Below are positions 29,384 to 39,845 of a stretch of DNA of 64,000 nucleotides, piece by piece. Below the pieces are notes generated by a model. That model worked only from the letters and a program-made list of their open reading frames with translations, was not told the origin of the DNA and searched no databases. This DNA is from Nitrospirota bacterium (lineage in GTDB: Bacteria; Nitrospirota; UBA9217), in contig CAVUHW010000008.1 of the NCBI GenBank assembly GCA_963741205.1, forward strand, positions 32,001 to 96,000. The letters run 5' to 3'. The position numbers and the translations under genes are program-made. How positions within the stretch are numbered: position 1 is the stretch's first letter; each line of letters opens with the position of its first letter.

Positions 29384-30253
29384 TTAGACCCGCATTCTGG
29401 GGTCCAGCTTGTCGCGCAGAAAATCTCCCAGGATGTTGAAGCTTATCACCGTGACGCTGATGGCCAGGCCGGGGAAGACCACCATCCAGGGCGCGGAGTT
29501 GATATAGGCCCGGTTCAGGCTGATCATCGAGCCCCAGGTTGGCGTAGGCGGCTGAACGCCAAGGCCCAAAAAGGAAAGCGCGGCCTCAAGCAGGATGAAC
29601 CCGCCGATGCGCAAGCTCCCTGCCACCAGAATGAGCGGCAGGGCGTTCGGCAGGATGTGGCGGTACAGGATGCGGGCAGGAGAGGCGCCGAGGGCGCGCG
29701 AAGCCTCTATGTAGGTCTGCTCTTTCAGGGTAAGGGTGATGCCACGCACTAGGCGCGCAAAGCCGGCCCATCCGACTAAGGTGATCGCGAGCATGGCAGA
29801 GGCGAGGCCCGGCGGCATGACCGCGCTGATGCCGATGGCGAGCAACAGGCTCGGAAAGGCCAGGAAGATGTCGAAAAACTGCGTAAGGACGGCGTCCGTC
29901 CTGCCGCCGAAGTAGCCTGAGATCAAGCCGAAAAAAATGCCGATACAGAGCGACAGGGCCGAAGCGATGATGCCCACCGCCAGGGAGATGCGCGACCCGT
30001 AAACCACGCGGGCAAGGACGTCCCGTCCCTTGCTGTCCGTGCCGAGCGGGTGGGCCTTGCTCGGCGGCTGCTTCAAACTGTCCAGATCCATGGCGAGCGG
30101 GTCTAATTTGGTGAGGTTCACAAGGGCCGGTCCGAGAATAGCGACAAGCGCAAGCGCGGCAATCACGATCACGGAGATCAGGGCCGGGACGTTGCCCTTA
30201 AAGTCCTTGAGAGAAAAAAGGTTTGTCATCCTTTTCGAATCCTCAATTGCCAC
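29384..30253 (-). CDS. Peptide ABC transporter permease (OppC/DppC family)
   Basis: HPLGTDSKGRDV, EASRALGAS, LSFLGLG. Confidence 0.93.
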   Translation of the reverse strand: MAIEDSKRMTNLFSLKDFKGNVPALISVIVIAALALVAILGPALVNLTKLDPLAMDLDSLKQPPSKAHPLGTDSKGRDVLARVVYGSRISLAVGIIASALSLCIGIFFGLISGYFGGRTDAVLTQFFDIFLAFPSLLLAIGISAVMPPGLASAMLAITLVGWAGFARLVRGITLTLKEQTYIEASRALGASPARILYRHILPNALPLILVAGSLRIGGFILLEAALSFLGLGVQPPTPTWGSMISLNRAYINSAPWMVVFPGLAISVTVISFNILGDFLRDKLDPRMRV

Positions 30254-31178
30254 CCTTGGTCCTCACGCGAGGATCAAGGAATTGGTACGAGATGTCAACC
30301 AGCAGGTTCATGGCAACAAAGACGACGGCTCCGAAGAGCACGACCCCCATGATGATCGGGTAATCGCGCTTGATGATCCCGTCGAGGGCGTAGCGGCCGA
30401 GGCCGTCCCAGCCGAAGATGGTCTCGGTCAAGACCGCCCCGTTCAGATAGGAGCCGAGGTCAAGGCCTATGAGTGTGATCACGGGGATGAGCGAGTTCCT
30501 GAGGGCGTGTTTCATTACGACGGTGGTTTCCGTCAGGCCCTTGGCCCGCGCAGCGGCGATGTAGGGTTGCGAAAGGGTCTCCAGCATGGAGGAACGCGTC
30601 ACGCGCACGATGTAGGACAGGGAAAACGTTCCCAGCGTCACGGCGGGCAAAACCAGGTAGACGGCGCCGCCGTCGCCCATGCCCGAGGGCGGGAGCCAGC
30701 GCAGATGGAAGGCGAAGATGAGCATCAGCGCGAGCCCCAGCCAGAACACGGGGATGGAAATACCGCCGACGGAGACGAGCGTGATCAGCCGGTCCCATAC
30801 GGTCCCTTTTTTGACCGCGGAAAATACGCCCATTCCGATGCCGAAGACCGAGGCAAAGAGCATGGCTGCCACGGCAAGCCTGAGCGTGTTGGGGAATTTC
30901 TGAAGAAGATCGTCCGAGATCCTTCTGTTGGTATAGTAGGACCGGCCGAGTTCGCCCGAGGCGATGAGCTTCAGGTAGCCGATATACTGGAGCGGAAGGG
31001 GCCTGTTCTGGCCGAGTTCCGCACGGATGCGCGCGACGGTCTCCGGGGAGGCGCGCTCTCCCGCCATGCCCGCTGCCGGGTCGCCGGGCAGTGCCTGCAT
31101 GAGGACAAAGGTAATGAGTGTGATGCCCAGGAGGGTGGGGATGAACAGAAGGACCCTTTTAAGGATATAGAGCGCCAT
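30243..31178 (-). CDS. Peptide ABC transporter permease (OppB/DppB family)
   Basis: LPGDPA, ARAKGL..KHALRN, ETIFGWDGLG, RDYP. Confidence 0.94.
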   Translation of the reverse strand: MALYILKRVLLFIPTLLGITLITFVLMQALPGDPAAGMAGERASPETVARIRAELGQNRPLPLQYIGYLKLIASGELGRSYYTNRRISDDLLQKFPNTLRLAVAAMLFASVFGIGMGVFSAVKKGTVWDRLITLVSVGGISIPVFWLGLALMLIFAFHLRWLPPSGMGDGGAVYLVLPAVTLGTFSLSYIVRVTRSSMLETLSQPYIAAARAKGLTETTVVMKHALRNSLIPVITLIGLDLGSYLNGAVLTETIFGWDGLGRYALDGIIKRDYPIIMGVVLFGAVVFVAMNLLVDISYQFLDPRVRTKGGN

Positions 31179-31259
31179 GTATCGTCGATCTTACACAATC
31201 CCCTGGGAAATCGCAACGGGAAAAAGTTTCCAGAGGCGCTCTTCACCATCCGGTCGTCA

Positions 31260-31922
31260 TTATTTCCGGGAAACCGGCACGTAATACTGGGTGCCCTGCT
31301 TCATGCCCAGGATCTGCTTCAAGAGATCGTCGAGGTCTTCGCGCCGGTGCACATAGTCGATGTCCGAGGTGTTGATGACGAGGAGCGGGGTGTCGCTGTA
31401 GCGGAAGAAGAAGTTGTTGTACGCCTCGTTGACCGCCGCGATGTACTCGCGGCTGACCTCTTTTTCGAAAGTCCGGCCCCGGCTTTTGATGCGGCGTAGC
31501 AGTGTGTCCGTGTCTGCCTGGAGAAAGATCACGAGGTCGGGCTTCACGATCTTGGGCTCCAGGACCCGGTAGACCTGCTCGTACAGCGGCAGCTCGTGCT
31601 CGTCGAGAGTGAGGTAGGCGAAGATCCGGTCCTTGTCGAAGAGATAGTCGCTGATTGTGACCCGCGTAAAAAGGTCTGGCTGGAGCATTTCCCGCTGCTG
31701 GCTGAAGCGGTTCAGAAGAAAGAACATCTGGGTCTGGAACCGGAAGCGCTGCGGGTCTTTGTAAAAATCGGTGAGGAAAGGGTTCTTTTCCGCCTGTTCA
31801 AGGACGAGGCGTGCGCCGAGTTCATCGGCCAGGAGGGAGGTGAGACTCGTTTTTCCGACACCGATGGGGCCTTCGGTGACAATGTATTTTGTATGAAGAT
31901 GGGGGCCTTTTTTTACGGTCAT
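31260..31922 (-). CDS. Deoxynucleoside kinase
   Basis: EGPIGVGKTS P-loop; FQTQMFFL; RIKSRGR. Confidence 0.92.
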   Translation of the reverse strand: MTVKKGPHLHTKYIVTEGPIGVGKTSLTSLLADELGARLVLEQAEKNPFLTDFYKDPQRFRFQTQMFFLLNRFSQQREMLQPDLFTRVTISDYLFDKDRIFAYLTLDEHELPLYEQVYRVLEPKIVKPDLVIFLQADTDTLLRRIKSRGRTFEKEVSREYIAAVNEAYNNFFFRYSDTPLLVINTSDIDYVHRREDLDDLLKQILGMKQGTQYYVPVSRK

Positions 31923-31993
31923 GATGACACACTTACGGCGCTTCTTTTCAACGCTTGATATGTTCGCGCGAATGTTTGCACAACTCTTTATGC

Positions 31994-32074
31994 CCATCCC
32001 CCTCTTAATCCCCCCTTGAAGGGGGAGAACATTAAAAGTTCCTCCCCTTCAAGGGGAGTTCAGGTGGGGATGGG
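31994..32074. repeat. Bipartite GC-rich palindromic REP-like element (related half copy ~47968-48001)
   Basis: cccatcccc..ccccttgaaggggga..tccccttcaagggga..ggggatggg. Confidence 0.65.
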
Positions 32075-32092
32075 TTCTATATTTTGGACGCG

Positions 32093-32578
32093 TTATGATT
32101 CGCACCTGACCACCCGGTGCGTATCGCCGAGTTCCTCCAACAGATGTGAGATGGTCTTTTTTGACACCGGGTGAACCGCCTGAGGCGCGATCTCGCACAG
32201 CGGGACAAGCACGAAACGCCTCGTTGCCATCAGCGGGTGTGGTACGATGAGCTCGCCGGTGTCGATTACCTGATCGCCGTACAGGAGGATGTCGAGATCG
32301 ATAATGCGCGGACCCCACCGGAACAGCCGGTACCGTCCCAGTTCGTCCTCGATCGCTTGACAGGCGGCCAAGAGGGCCAGCGGGGGAAGCTCCGTCTCGA
32401 TCTCCGCCACGGCGTTCAGGAAGGCTTCCTGGTCCGCGTATCCAACCGGCTCGGTGCAATAAAAGGACGACACCCGTGTGACGCGGCCTGCTCTGCCCAG
32501 GAGGTCAAGCGCACTGCGGCATGCAGCCATCTTGTCCCCCATGTTCGAGCCCAGCCCGATGTACGCGATGACCGGCAT
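32093..32578 (-). CDS. folK: 2-amino-4-hydroxy-6-hydroxymethyldihydropteridine diphosphokinase
   Basis: YIGLGSNMG, WGPRIIDLDIL, VPHP..RRFVLVPL. Confidence 0.97.
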   Translation of the reverse strand: MPVIAYIGLGSNMGDKMAACRSALDLLGRAGRVTRVSSFYCTEPVGYADQEAFLNAVAEIETELPPLALLAACQAIEDELGRYRLFRWGPRIIDLDILLYGDQVIDTGELIVPHPLMATRRFVLVPLCEIAPQAVHPVSKKTISHLLEELGDTHRVVRCES

Positions 32579-32684
32579 AAAATATTAGGACGCAGATTTG
32601 TAAACCGCATAGCGCCGAGCGCATGGCGCAGGATGCGTCATACAGGATTCCGCGCTATGCGCTTTGCTCCATGCTCTTTGCGAT

Positions 32685-33929
32685 TCAAAACTCGAACTGC
32701 AGCCCGCTCATCCGCTTTTTGAATTCGTCGAGCACCCGTTGTTCGTCCGCCCTGCCTCGGGACTCGAAGGTCGCCGAGAACCGGATGTACGACCCCGCAT
32801 CGTCCCACGGCACCGTGCTGATGAGCTTTTCGGCGATCAGGAACTCGGAGAACTCCTCGGCATTCGCAAAGGTCCTTCCGTTCCTGACGCCCTTGGGCAT
32901 CTTGACGTAGAGATAAAAAGTGCCTGCGGGCATTTTCGCATTAAAGCCCATGTCCGCCAGGACACCCGACATGGCCTGGAGTCTCCGCTCGTACTTGGCG
33001 ATGATTTCATCGGTGATCTCCGGATGTTCAAGGGCGTAGACGCCTGCCTTCTGGATGGCCTTGAACTGGCCCGAGTCGTAATTGTCCTTTACGTTCCCGT
33101 AGCCCGCTATCACGCGCTCGTTGCCCGCGACAAAGGCGAGGCGCCAGCCGGTCATGTTGAATGCCTTAGAAAGCGAATGGATCTCAATGCCCACGTCCTT
33201 CGCGCCGGGGACGGAGAGGAACGAAAGCGGCCTTGTCCCGTACGTAAGGGCGGCATAGGCCGCGTCATGCGCCACGACGACGTTGTTCGCCTTCGCGAAC
33301 CGAACGACCTTCTCGAAGAATGCCGGAGTCGCGCCCGCGCCCGTAGGATTGTTCGGATAATTGATGTAGAGCAGCTTCGCCCTCTTTTTCACGTCCGCGG
33401 AGAGCCCGTCGAGGTCCGGCAGGAAGCCGCTCTCCTCGCAAAGCGGCAGGTTCACGACCTCGCCGCCGTACCAGCGGGTATGGGTCGCCATGACCGGATA
33501 TCCCGGCGTCGTCATGAGCGTCACGTCGCCGGGATTGATAAAGATCGACGGGAGCATGGCGAGGACGGGCTTGCTGCCGATGCCGTGAAGCACCTCGGTC
33601 TCCGGGTTGATGCCGCCGACGCCGTAGACCTTCTGCAGGTACCGGGCCGCCGCGTCTTTGAATTCCTGGATACCGTTGTCCGCGTAACCCCGGTTCTCGG
33701 GCTTTTCCGCCTCGCGCTGGAGTTCCCGGACAACGCCGGGAAAGGCCATCTCGTCGGGCTCGCCGACGCCGAAGTCGATGAGTTCCTTTTCCGGGTTCGC
33801 AGCCAGGGCCGCGCGCTTCGCGCGCTTGATCTTCTCGAACTTGTAGATCTTCTGTTGTTTGCCGAACGTCCTGCCGCCGATGCGCTCGGCGAAGAGGGAT
33901 TGGATGTAGGTTTCGTTCAGTGTCGTCAA
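32685..33929 (-). CDS. dapL: LL-diaminopimelate aminotransferase
   Basis: NYPNNPTG, HDAAY, SLSKAFNMTGWR; within the dap cluster. Confidence 0.88.
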   Translation of the reverse strand: MTTLNETYIQSLFAERIGGRTFGKQQKIYKFEKIKRAKRAALAANPEKELIDFGVGEPDEMAFPGVVRELQREAEKPENRGYADNGIQEFKDAAARYLQKVYGVGGINPETEVLHGIGSKPVLAMLPSIFINPGDVTLMTTPGYPVMATHTRWYGGEVVNLPLCEESGFLPDLDGLSADVKKRAKLLYINYPNNPTGAGATPAFFEKVVRFAKANNVVVAHDAAYAALTYGTRPLSFLSVPGAKDVGIEIHSLSKAFNMTGWRLAFVAGNERVIAGYGNVKDNYDSGQFKAIQKAGVYALEHPEITDEIIAKYERRLQAMSGVLADMGFNAKMPAGTFYLYVKMPKGVRNGRTFANAEEFSEFLIAEKLISTVPWDDAGSYIRFSATFESRGRADEQRVLDEFKKRMSGLQFEF

Positions 33930-33959
33930 CTACGCGTCCTCCAGCAGAAAAATTTCAAA

Positions 33960-34712
33960 TCAGCGCACAATGTTCTTTAAGCTCCCAATCCCCTCGATCC
34001 GCACTTCAACCTCATCGCCGGGCCTCATCGGCCCGATGCCTGCCGGCGTCCCGGTGATGATGAGGTCCCCGGGCAACAGCGTCATGATCTGTGAAATGAA
34101 GCTCACGAGATGATGCACCGGAAAAATGAACTGAGTCGTTCGCGATGACTGCCGCCGCTCGCCGTTCAGAAAGGACTCGATGAGGAGATCGCCGGGGTCG
34201 AGCTCGGTCTCGATCCAGGGCCCGACGGGGCAAAAAGTGTCGAAGGATTTGGCCCGTGTCCACTGTCCGTCCCTCCGCTGGAGATCCCGGGCTGTCACAT
34301 CGTTCGCGCAGGTGTAGCCGAGGATATGGGCCTTTGCCTCATCCGGAGCGATGTCCTTCACCCGGTCCTTGATGACGACGCCCAGTTCCGCCTCGTAATC
34401 CACCTGCGCGCTCATGCGCGGATACCGGATCGCATCGCCCGGGCCTATCACCGTCGTGGAAGGTTTGAGGAATATAACGGGCTCAGCGGGGACCGCGAGC
34501 CCGATTTCCGCTGCGTGGTCCCGGTAATTGAGGCCCGCCGCAACGATCTTGCCCGGGCTGCACGGAGCCAGAAGCTTGACCGCGGCGCGCGCATGGCGTG
34601 TCTTCAGCGTCATTAAAGGGCCGATGACGTCGCCGTCAAGCTCCGTGATTTCGTCGCCGGTCAGGATGCCGGACGCCGTCCTGTCCCCGACCTGAAACCG
34701 TACCAGTCTCAT
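33960..34712 (-). CDS. Fumarylacetoacetate hydrolase family protein
   Basis: GLNYRDHA, DYEAELGVVI, NDVTARD, KSFDTF, TGTPAG. Confidence 0.94.
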   Translation of the reverse strand: MRLVRFQVGDRTASGILTGDEITELDGDVIGPLMTLKTRHARAAVKLLAPCSPGKIVAAGLNYRDHAAEIGLAVPAEPVIFLKPSTTVIGPGDAIRYPRMSAQVDYEAELGVVIKDRVKDIAPDEAKAHILGYTCANDVTARDLQRRDGQWTRAKSFDTFCPVGPWIETELDPGDLLIESFLNGERRQSSRTTQFIFPVHHLVSFISQIMTLLPGDLIITGTPAGIGPMRPGDEVEVRIEGIGSLKNIVR

Positions 34713-34727
34713 ACGGCGCTCCGGGCG

Positions 34728-35498
34728 TTATTGTTTCTGATCGATCCATTCCATGAGCTTGTCTTCCGGGAGAAAGCCGGAAAGCACGGTGCCGTCGTCC
34801 CGCACAAGGGTCGGCGTGCCGTTAAATTCCATCGTCTTCGCGAGGGCCTTGTTCTTCTCGATGACATCGGGCGTGCAACTTGCCGGCGGCTCGGGCACCG
34901 TTTTGCCGGAGAAGCCGTCATCCAGCATTTCGAGTGACTTTGAGCACTGGATTGCCTGCGCCTTCTTGTAGGCGTCCTTATGCATCGGAAGGGGATTAAG
35001 GATCAGCTCAAAGGCGATATCGTGCCGCTTGTCAGTCACCTGTTTGATGATCGTGTGGAGTTGCCTGCAATAGGGGCAGTCCGGGTCGGTGAAGACGATC
35101 ACCTTTTTCGCGGCATCTTTGGGGCCGACGACGATGGCGTCACCGAGGGGGATCTTCGAGACATCGACCTTTTTGGCCGGCGGCTGCTTGCCGAGGTTCT
35201 CGACCGGAACGATCTGCCCGGCGATAAGGTTTTTCTTCGAGAAGTCCAGATATAACGCTCCGCGTTTGCCCTCGCCGGCGTCGACGTCAATCTGCCAGAC
35301 ACCTTTGATCGGCGACTGCTTGATATCAGTTATCGTCCCGGTGGGCACGATCTTCTTCACGATTACCTCGGCGTCTTTCTTGTCCAGCTTGTGGCACTCG
35401 ATGCAGTCCTTGTCGCCCTTTTTCGTCGGGAAGGCCTGCGCCGTGAGCGGCAGGACCAGCATGAGGCTTATCAACATCACTCCATAATTCTTTTTCAC
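34728..35498 (-). CDS. DsbC-like thiol:disulfide protein with N-terminal CxxCH
   Basis: Signal peptide, CIECH, FTDPDCPYC, GTPT cis-Pro loop; GTG start after aggag. Confidence 0.88.
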   Translation of the reverse strand: MKKNYGVMLISLMLVLPLTAQAFPTKKGDKDCIECHKLDKKDAEVIVKKIVPTGTITDIKQSPIKGVWQIDVDAGEGKRGALYLDFSKKNLIAGQIVPVENLGKQPPAKKVDVSKIPLGDAIVVGPKDAAKKVIVFTDPDCPYCRQLHTIIKQVTDKRHDIAFELILNPLPMHKDAYKKAQAIQCSKSLEMLDDGFSGKTVPEPPASCTPDVIEKNKALAKTMEFNGTPTLVRDDGTVLSGFLPEDKLMEWIDQKQ

Positions 35499-35590
35499 TG
35501 TAGTCTCCTTTATGAGGTGTAAGGGTCCGGGTCCAGGGGCCGGGTCCAGAAAACCCTGACCCTTGACCCTGACGCCGGTCCCTGAAGTTA

Positions 35591-36400
35591 TTACTTCAAT
35601 CCCAGCACGTCCTGCATGTCGTAGAGGCCGGGCTTTTTGCCGACGACCCATTTCGCCGCACGAACAGCGCCGCGGGCGAACATGTCGCGGGTATGCGCCC
35701 GGTGGGTGAGCTCGATCCGCTCTCCCATTCCGATGAAATATACCGTGTGTTCTCCCACAATATCTCCGCCGCGAATGGTTTGCATGCCGATCTCTTCTTT
35801 CGTCCGCTCCCCGGTAATCCCCTCGCGGTGATATTTGGCTACCTGCCGGTAGTCGCGCCCGAGGGCGCCGGCCACAACCTCTCCCATTCGCACGGCGGTG
35901 CCGGACGGCGCGTCCTTCTTCATCCGGTGGTGCGACTCGACGATCTCCACGTCAAAGTCGTGTCCGAGCGTTTTTGCGATGTCGGCGAGGATCTTGAAGC
36001 ACACATTCACCCCGACGCTCATGTTCGGCGAAAGGACGCAGGGTATCTTTTGAACGAGCTTGCCGGCTTCTGCGAGCTGTTCCTTGGAAAAACCGGTCGA
36101 TCCGATGACCGCAGGTTTGCCGAGTTCCGCACAGATCCTGAGATTCGCGAGGCTGATCTCCGGGAACGTAAAATCAATGAGCACATCGCCGGTCTTGAGC
36201 GCGGCGGCAAGGTCATCCGTGATGACCGTCAGCGTCCCTCCTGCAGGAAGTCCTGCGGGGCCGCAGGAATCCTGGCCCACGAGCGGATGACCTTTCCGTT
36301 CAACGGCCCCCGAGAGACGGACGCCTTCCGAGGTAGAGAGCACGTTGATGATGCGCGAGCCCATCCTGCCGGCTGCGCCGGTGACTATTGCTTTGATCAT
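35591..36400 (-). CDS. dapB: 4-hydroxy-tetrahydrodipicolinate reductase
   Basis: GAAGRMG, ESHHRMKKDAPSGTA, RGGDIVGEH. Confidence 0.97.
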   Translation of the reverse strand: MIKAIVTGAAGRMGSRIINVLSTSEGVRLSGAVERKGHPLVGQDSCGPAGLPAGGTLTVITDDLAAALKTGDVLIDFTFPEISLANLRICAELGKPAVIGSTGFSKEQLAEAGKLVQKIPCVLSPNMSVGVNVCFKILADIAKTLGHDFDVEIVESHHRMKKDAPSGTAVRMGEVVAGALGRDYRQVAKYHREGITGERTKEEIGMQTIRGGDIVGEHTVYFIGMGERIELTHRAHTRDMFARGAVRAAKWVVGKKPGLYDMQDVLGLK

Positions 36401-36531
36401 AAAAGCTCCTTTATTACCACGAAGACAACACTCGCGGAACAACGCTGGGCGCAGCGAAGGCACGAAGTAAATCAGGTAGCAATACCGGGTGTTGCTTTCT
36501 TTGTGTTTTGGTGCCTTTGTGGTGAATAGAT

Positions 36532-37404
36532 CTAAATCAACCCGTAGTCCTTGAGCGCCTTCTTCAGCTTTTCCTTGTTCGCATCAGCCATGGGGCAGAG
36601 CGGGAGCCGGAACTCCTCGTTGATCCTGCCCATGAGCGCAAGAGATGTCTTGACCGGGATAGGATTCGTTTCGATGAACATGGGACCATGCAGGGGCTCG
36701 AGCTTATAGTGGAGCTTGAGCGCCTCGGCGGTCTTGCCTGCAAAATAGGCGTCGAACAGGGCAGCGCAGTCAGCGGGCGCGATATTGGCAGTCACCGATA
36801 TGGCGCCCACGCCGCCTAAGGCGAGGAGCGGCAAGGTGGTGAAGTCGTCTCCGGAGATCACATCGAAGTCCCTGCCGCAGAGCCGGAGGACCTCGCTCAC
36901 CTGCTTCATGTCCCCCGTGGCCTCCTTGATGCCGACGATGTTCTTCTTTTCGCGGAGCCGCGCGACCGTGGCGGGCAGCATGTTGACGCTCGTCCGGCCC
37001 GGTACGTTATAGAGGACGATCGGGATGTCCGACGAGTCGGCGATCTTGGAGAAGTGGCGGAACAGTCCTTCCTGTGTGGGCTTGTTGTAGTAGGGGGTGA
37101 TGAGCAGAACGCCGTCGGCCCCCGCCTTCTGAGCGTACCCCGTGAGTTCCAGCGTTTCGGACGTCGAGTTCGAGCCCGCGCCGGCAATGACGGGGACGCG
37201 CTTGTTCACCGTCTTCACCGTGAACTCCACGACGCGGTGGTGCTCCTCGTGCGAGAGCGTCGCCGACTCGCCGGTCGTCCCGCAGGGCACGATGACGTCC
37301 GTGCCGCTCTTGATGTGAAACTCGATCAAATCGCCTAAGGCCTTTTCGTCGACCTTTCCGTTTTTGAAGGGCGTTACGATCGCAACCATCGAACCTTTAA
37401 ACAT
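36532..37404 (-). CDS. dapA: 4-hydroxy-tetrahydrodipicolinate synthase
   Basis: CGTTGES, YNVPGRT, IKEATG, ETNPIPVK. Confidence 0.98.
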   Translation of the reverse strand: MFKGSMVAIVTPFKNGKVDEKALGDLIEFHIKSGTDVIVPCGTTGESATLSHEEHHRVVEFTVKTVNKRVPVIAGAGSNSTSETLELTGYAQKAGADGVLLITPYYNKPTQEGLFRHFSKIADSSDIPIVLYNVPGRTSVNMLPATVARLREKKNIVGIKEATGDMKQVSEVLRLCGRDFDVISGDDFTTLPLLALGGVGAISVTANIAPADCAALFDAYFAGKTAEALKLHYKLEPLHGPMFIETNPIPVKTSLALMGRINEEFRLPLCPMADANKEKLKKALKDYGLI

Positions 37405-37538
37405 GGAAACCTCCTTCTTGAACCAGATACGAAATTCGAATATCTACATCCTCAATACATTCAAAATGTGAATGGCCGCCTCTTTCTCTTATTGACCATT
37501 TGATATTGTTTAAAATTCAGGATTCCGAGCTTCGTAGT

Positions 37539-38351
37539 TTATATATACAGCGTCCCTTCACAGATGACTTCCGCCCCTCCTTCAAGGTGGATGTTATCGA
37601 ACCCATCGGCAATGCGGTCGAACGAGACCACAAGCCGTTCCCCGCCCGAGGTCAGCACCTCAACCGGCGGAGAGACGACGCCGAGCGCCCCAGCGACCAG
37701 GGCCGCGGCGACCGAACCCGTGCCGCAGGCCAGGGTCTCGCCCTCAACCCCCCGTTCATATGTCCTGATGCTGAGTTTGTTCCTGCCCTGGATCTGGACG
37801 AAGTTCACATTCGTGCCGGCCGGCTTGAACAACTCGTGATACCGAGTGGTCCTGCCGATCCGATCCACGTCTTCGTTCTCGATGTTCTTCGAAAGATAGA
37901 CCAGGTGCGGGACGCCGGTATTGATGAAGTGACCCATGCGCAGGCCGCTGTCGAGCGGTACCGCGATGTTCGCACGCAGGCCGGAAGCGCTGGGCAACTG
38001 GACCTTCACCCGGCCGTTCTTGACCTGGGCGTGGATGATGCCCGCGAGCGTCTCGAAGGACATGTCCTTCTTCGCGATCTTTCTGAGGAAGGCAAACCGC
38101 GCGGCGCACCGCGAGCCGTTGCCGCACATCTCGGCCTCGCTCCCGTCGGCGTTGAAGAACCGCCACTTGAAGTCCGCTTTCCGGGAAGGAACGATTACGA
38201 TCAGGCCGTCGGCGCCCACCGAAAAATGCCGGCGGCAAACGGTCACCGCCATCTCCCTCAGGTTCATTCCCTTGAGCGCTGCCCTGCGGTTGTCGATCAG
38301 GATAAAATCGTTCCCGCTCCCCTGCATCTTATAGAAAGGAATCTTTTTCAT
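37539..38351 (-). CDS. dapF: Diaminopimelate epimerase (core copy)
   Basis: KMQGSGNDF, EMCGNG, GVPH, ERGVEGETLACGTG. Confidence 0.97.
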   Translation of the reverse strand: MKKIPFYKMQGSGNDFILIDNRRAALKGMNLREMAVTVCRRHFSVGADGLIVIVPSRKADFKWRFFNADGSEAEMCGNGSRCAARFAFLRKIAKKDMSFETLAGIIHAQVKNGRVKVQLPSASGLRANIAVPLDSGLRMGHFINTGVPHLVYLSKNIENEDVDRIGRTTRYHELFKPAGTNVNFVQIQGRNKLSIRTYERGVEGETLACGTGSVAAALVAGALGVVSPPVEVLTSGGERLVVSFDRIADGFDNIHLEGGAEVICEGTLYI

Positions 38352-38445
38352 AGAAACACCGCATGGCGCAGAATACGATAGGGCATAGCGCAGAGCGGAA
38401 AGGCTTAACGCCATGCCCATATCGCGCTATGCGAATGCTCTGCCG

Positions 38446-39705
38446 TTATCCTTCCAGCCACGCCGGGATCTTCTCCCCTCTGACAAGGTCGTCGTACGTC
38501 TCCCGCTCCCGGACAACAACGTACTCGCCTCCCCGGACCATGACTTCAGCGGCCCTCGGCCGGGAATTGTAGTTCGAGGCCATGGAGAACCCATAGGCGC
38601 CGGCGCTCATGACGGCAAGAAGTTCCCCCTTTTTTACGACGGGAATCTCGCGGTCCTTCGCCAAAAAATCGCCTGACTCGCAGATGGGCCCGACCACGTC
38701 GAACACCGCATGCTCCGCGGCCTCCGTTTTCACGACTGGTTTGATCTCGTGGTAGGCCTCGTAGAGGCTGGGGCGGATCAGATCGTTCATTCCGGCATCG
38801 ACGATCAGGAAGCGCTTTGCGCCGCTGTCCTTCCTGTATAACGCGGTCGTCACAAGGACGCCGGCATTGCCGACGATCGCCCGACCCGGCTCGAGGACGA
38901 GCGTGCAGTCTCCGGGAATGCGCGACCGGATGGCCGATGCAAGATCGCGTGGCTGGGGCGGGGTCTCGTCCTTATACGTGATGCCGAGGCCGCCCCCGAT
39001 GTCGATGTACTTTATATTCATGCCCTCGGCGCGAAGCTCCGTTACGAGCCCTGCGACCTTCTCGATGGCCTCCACGAACGGCCCGACTTCGGTGATCTGC
39101 GAGCCGATGTGATGGTGCACTCCGACAATCTCCACGTGAGCCAGTGCCCTGGCCGTCTGGTAGTGCTCCAGCGCCTCCTCGATCGGGATGCCGAACTTGT
39201 TTTCCTTGAGTCCCGTGGAAATGTAGGCGTGGGTCCTGGGGTCGATGTTCGGGTTGACCCGCAGCGCGATCCGCGCCTTGACGCGCATCTCTCCTGCGAC
39301 CTCGTTTAAGGCCTGAAGTTCCTCCCCCGACTCGACGTTGAACATAAGGATGCCGGTCCGGAGGGCGTATTCGATCTCGTCCCGCCGTTTGCCCACGCCT
39401 GCGTAGACGATCTTTCCGGGAGCGACCCCCGCGCGAAGGGCGCGAAACAGCTCGCCCCCGGACACGATGTCAGCGCCCGCACCTTCCCGCCCGAGCAGTC
39501 TCAGCAAGGCGCCGTTCGAGTTGGATTTGAGCGCGTAACAGATGATCCGGGGAACACCGGAAAAAGCGCTGTCAAAGGCCCGAAAGTGGTTTACGAGCGT
39601 GTTGCTGCTGTAGACGTAGAACGGCGTCCCCACCCGCCGGGCGATGCCGCTGAGCGGGACGTCCTCGCAACAGAGCTCTCCGTTCTTATACTGAAAATCA
39701 TGCAT
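38446..39705 (-). CDS. lysA: Diaminopimelate decarboxylase
   Basis: YALKSNSN, HIGSQ, EPGR, GPICESGD, SNYNSRP. Confidence 0.97.
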   Translation of the reverse strand: MHDFQYKNGELCCEDVPLSGIARRVGTPFYVYSSNTLVNHFRAFDSAFSGVPRIICYALKSNSNGALLRLLGREGAGADIVSGGELFRALRAGVAPGKIVYAGVGKRRDEIEYALRTGILMFNVESGEELQALNEVAGEMRVKARIALRVNPNIDPRTHAYISTGLKENKFGIPIEEALEHYQTARALAHVEIVGVHHHIGSQITEVGPFVEAIEKVAGLVTELRAEGMNIKYIDIGGGLGITYKDETPPQPRDLASAIRSRIPGDCTLVLEPGRAIVGNAGVLVTTALYRKDSGAKRFLIVDAGMNDLIRPSLYEAYHEIKPVVKTEAAEHAVFDVVGPICESGDFLAKDREIPVVKKGELLAVMSAGAYGFSMASNYNSRPRAAEVMVRGGEYVVVRERETYDDLVRGEKIPAWLEG

Positions 39706-39735
39706 AATTGTTCCCGCAGCCGCAACCAAAATATC

Positions 39736-39820
39736 GTCATCCCCGAATGGTTCTATCGGGGATCCATTTTGAATTTAGTCTTGAAAAAAGACCATGGATT
39801 CCCGCTTTCGCGGGAATGAC
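39736..39820. repeat. REP-like double-hairpin element
   Basis: gtcatccccga..tcggggatcca ... tggattcccgctttcgcgggaatgac. Confidence 0.85.
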
Positions 39821-39845
39821 ACCTGAGTGGTTACAAAAATACTTT

